From Acanthaster planci (taxonomy: Eukaryota): a DNA stretch of 50,800 nt. The first letter of the stretch is position 1, and each line of letters begins with the position of its first letter. This document shows, one piece after another, positions 47,381 through 50,800 of this stretch. Location of the stretch: assembly GCF_001949145.1 (NCBI RefSeq), contig NW_019091359.1, positions 705,366 through 756,165 of the forward strand, given 5' to 3'. The notes below the pieces were generated by a model. It was not told the origin of the DNA. It made no database searches and saw only the letters and a list, made by a program, of their open reading frames with translations. The position numbers and the translations under genes were made by a program.

Positions 47381-50300
47381 CACGTGTGTGGCCAAACAGA
47401 GTTGAAAAAAAAAGACACGGCCACAAGGATAATAGCGTCTGAATAATGTTTTATTCAGAAACATGGACAAATATCATTGAAAGTGTGGTGCTGATGAAGG
47501 TAACGAGGAAGACTGGCCTGAAGGAAGACAGACGGAATATTCTGAGGGTTTTATAGAGCAGGTTCGGTGGTAACTTCCTAAACCAGTGGTCAAACTTGCG
47601 GTCATACAATTGTAGACAAATTGTCTGGGGAATTGGGAGTACTACTTAAAAATTACCGGGATGGACCACGGAGAAATACTGGTATCTATAAGATTACAAA
47701 TCTACCACAAATTGGAACTGCATCGACGGTATCAAAAAGAAATCATTGGCTGGGTTTAAACAGTGACGAATTCTGGGCTTCCACATATTATGAGAGAGCA
47801 GTTCCTACATATGCCGATTTTCTTTTTGCTCTTTTTTCTTATTCTTAATAAAACATGACAGAAATTAATCTTAATCGAGGAATAGATGAGATAAAAACAA
47901 CAGCAAATCAACACCAAAGAGTAAAAAGCATGTACTTTGCAAGCACGGGGGACAGAAATGAAAGAAAATAGTAGAAGCGCCCTCTCAAAGGGCGACAGCA
48001 CACGACGCGTCGCGTCGTGTCGTGCGTCGCGTCGTGCTTCAGGCGACGTAATAGGCGACGCGATGCACGACACGATATACGACGCGACGCACGACGGTAC
48101 GACGCGACGGGCAACGGAAGGGGCGACATTTAGGCGGGAAAAATGAAACATGGAAAATATCTGAGACAGCACAACGCGACGGGCGACGGCACGANNNNNN
48201 NNNNNNNNNNNNNNNNNNNNNNNNNNNNNNNNNNNNNNNNNNNNNNNNNNNNNNNNNNNNNNNNNNNNNNNNNNNNNNNNNNNNNNNNNNNNNNNNNNNN
48301 NNNNNNNNNNNNNNNNNNNNNNNNNNNNNNNNNNNNNNNNNNNNNNNNNNNNNNNNNNNNNNNNNNNNNNNNNNNNNNNNNNNNNNNNNNNNNNNNNNNN
48401 NNNNNNNNNNNNNNNNNNNNNNNNNNNNNNNNNNNNNNNNNNNNNNNNNNNNNNNNNNNNNNNNNNNNNNNNNNNNNNNNNNNNNNNNNNNNNNNNNNNN
48501 NNNNNNNNNNNNNNNNNNNNNNNNNNNNNNNNNNNNNNNNNNNNNNNNNNNNNNNNNNNNNNNNNNNNNNNNNNNNNNNNNNNNNNNNNNNNNNNNCTAT
48601 TTACGACAAACACGCGTCGTGCGTCGCGTCGTACGTCGTGTCGTGTATCGCGTCGCTTATTACGTCGCCTGAAGCACGACGCGACGCACGACACGACGCG
48701 ACGCGTCGTGTGCTGTCGCCCTTTGAGAGGGCGCTTTTACTGTTTTCTTTCATTTCTGTCCCCCGTACTTGCAAAGTACATGCTTTTTACTCTTTGGTGT
48801 TGATTTGCTGTTGTTTTTATCTCATCCATTCCTCGATTAAGATTAATTTCTGTCATGTTTTTTAAGAAAAAGAAAAAAGAGCAAAAAGAAAATCGGCATA
48901 TGTAGGAACTGCTCTCTCATAATATGTGGAAGCCCAGAATTTGTCACTGTTTAAACCCAGCCAATGATTTCTTTTTGATACCGTCGATGCAGTTCCAATT
49001 TGTGGTAGATTTGTAATCTTATAGATACCGGTATTTCTCCGTGGTCCATCCCGGTAATTTTTAAGTAGTACTCCCAATTCCCCAGACAATTTGTCTACAA
49101 TTGTATGACTGCAAGTTTGACCACTGGTTTAGGAAGTTACCACCGAGCCTTCTCTATAAAACCCTCAGAATATTCCGGTGTTGGAGGTCTCGAGACCTGG
49201 TCGCGGTCTCGAGACCGTCTCGAGACCTTTTTTGGGGTCTCGGTCTTGGACTCGGCCTACAAGAGTCTCGGTCTCGGGAGGGTTGGTCTCGGTCTCGGGA
49301 GGGCTGGTCTCGGTCTTGGTCTCGGATGCCGAGGTCTCGGGTCTCCCACCCGAGACCTGCCGAGACCATGACAGAAAAGCAGAAAAATGTGCGTCAACAA
49401 TTCACACTCGGCTGTGGCAAAATCACGTACCCGGATCGTACGGTACATACAGCACACATATGTACACTGTATGTAGCAGTGCTCCTTACAGCGCAAGTTT
49501 ACCTCAGAATGAGTCTAGTTCCGAACTGCACGCGATTCCGCATGTATGCTTGGAACATGTACATGTACGACATGGTATTCACGATAAAGAATGAAATCAA
49601 AGCTGGAATGGAGACTAATGCATATTCTCAGCCCGGAGCACTGGTACCCTGCGTGCAGTACCTCTTTCATTTCACTGGTACACATACGTCAGTTGTGTGT
49701 ATGCATACATGAACATGTACTGTACATGTACATGTACACACTTTAATATGCACATGACGCGCCGGGCTGCACGCACGCCACGCATAGCATAATACACGTG
49801 GCCGGCCGACAGAACTCGTGCTCATGCCAATTGTACAAATAGTAGAGGAGAGTGCATTCATCTTATTGACCCTTTTACACAGTTGATGAGTCAGGTACCA
49901 TCTGGATAGTACAATTCTTTGTTAGAAACTTAAATTGTGGTCGTCTTGTGTTTTTCTTCACTCTTGTTCCAAACAAAGTGTCAGGAAAGTATTCTTACGG
50001 TAGAATGTTTACACATCAGTGAGGAAACTTGGATTGGTAAAATCATGATTTTTATATACATGTACATGTACTTTTAATAGGGAACTGCCCACGATGTTGT
50101 GTGACCCTTCTAAGGTGTCTATTGATCATTACAGAGTATAACTCATAAACTGAACTCATGCACACCTTTTGGCATAGTCCGAGCAACTCAGACCCCACGT
50201 TTTGCCTTTTTAAACATTTGGACATGGCCCGCTCACGTTAATTTTGCTATACATATGGAACACAAAGACTCTGTACATGTTTAATGTATGATTATGCCGT

Positions 50301-50800
50301 ATACTCTATACAAAATTCTATATCATCGGCAGTCCATGCCGTCACTGGCAAAATAACTGTGTGCTGCTTTTTTCCCAGAGTTCAATAAAACTCTTTCATG
50401 GAATATTCAATATGTTGTGTGCTTATGGCATGTAAAATTTGCACTTAATTTTGCTGTTTAATGCCAATTGTCTACCACGTTTACCATCAATGAACTACAT
50501 GTAGGCCTATATATTGTTTATGTTGTGCAAGGTCTCGGTCTCGGTCATCTTGGTCTTGGTCTCGGTCTCGAAGTTCTGGTCTCGGTCTTGAAAGAGCTGG
50601 TCTCGGTCTCGGACATAAAGGTCTCGACTACAACACTGGAATATTCCGTCGTAGTCTTCCTTCAGGCCAGTCTTCCTTGTTACCTTCATCAGCACCACAC
50701 TTTCAATGATATTAGTCCATGTTTCTGAATAAAACATTATACAGACGCTATTATCATTGTGGCCGTGTCTTTTTTTCAACTCTGTTTGGCCTCACACATG
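47381..50800. repeat. Large inverted repeat (foldback), arms at least 715 bp, running off the window end
   Basis: 47381-48096 is the reverse complement of 48615-49175 plus 50647-50800, with scattered substitutions. The ORF track shows near-identical 75-aa ORFs on opposite strands. The spacer contains an N gap. Confidence 0.92.
49176..50638. mobile_element. hAT-type non-autonomous element with GGTCTC subterminal arrays
   Basis: Ends C(G)GTGTTG...CAACACTG, an 8-bp TSD GAATATTC (49168-49175 and 50639-50646), and (GGTCTC) repeats near both ends. Confidence 0.88.

Noticed and set aside
47486..47530. Hammerhead-like CTGATGA-agg...cct-GAAG in both palindrome arms
   Set aside because: GAAG instead of GAAA in both copies, only a 3-bp stem II, and no stem I or III pairing.
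49101..49712. 203-aa ORF with SR/GL repeats
   Set aside because: Translation of GGTCTC subterminal repeats; it crosses the hAT insertion boundary.

Overview
AT-rich eukaryotic (most likely marine invertebrate) scaffold sequence with six larger N gaps. I found no convincing host gene; the window is almost entirely nested, decayed mobile DNA. From left to right: a tRNA-derived SINE-like repeat; an old ISL2EU (PIF/Harbinger-related) remnant; the 5' part of a Polinton/Maverick (adintovirus-like) protein-primed DNA polymerase followed by a CR1/L2-type LINE, a Tigger/pogo transposon and a DIRS element that carries a SINE-like insertion; several MITEs (piggyBac-, EnSpm- and hAT-type); a second Polinton-like gene cluster at 18.3-22.2 kb that includes an un-called (Cys-x-x)n gene; a Gypsy (Mag-like) LTR element with both ~142-bp LTRs, inserted into a probable Penelope-like element that ends in a decayed hammerhead ribozyme; a largely complete two-gene ISL2EU element (THAP/HTH/DDE transposase facing a spliced SAP-SWIM-YqaJ exonuclease gene); and a foldback palindrome with arms of at least 0.7 kb that holds both the empty and the filled site of a hAT MITE. 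Family assignments come from motif recognition by eye, not from database searches, and boundaries without a TSD or TIR are approximate.
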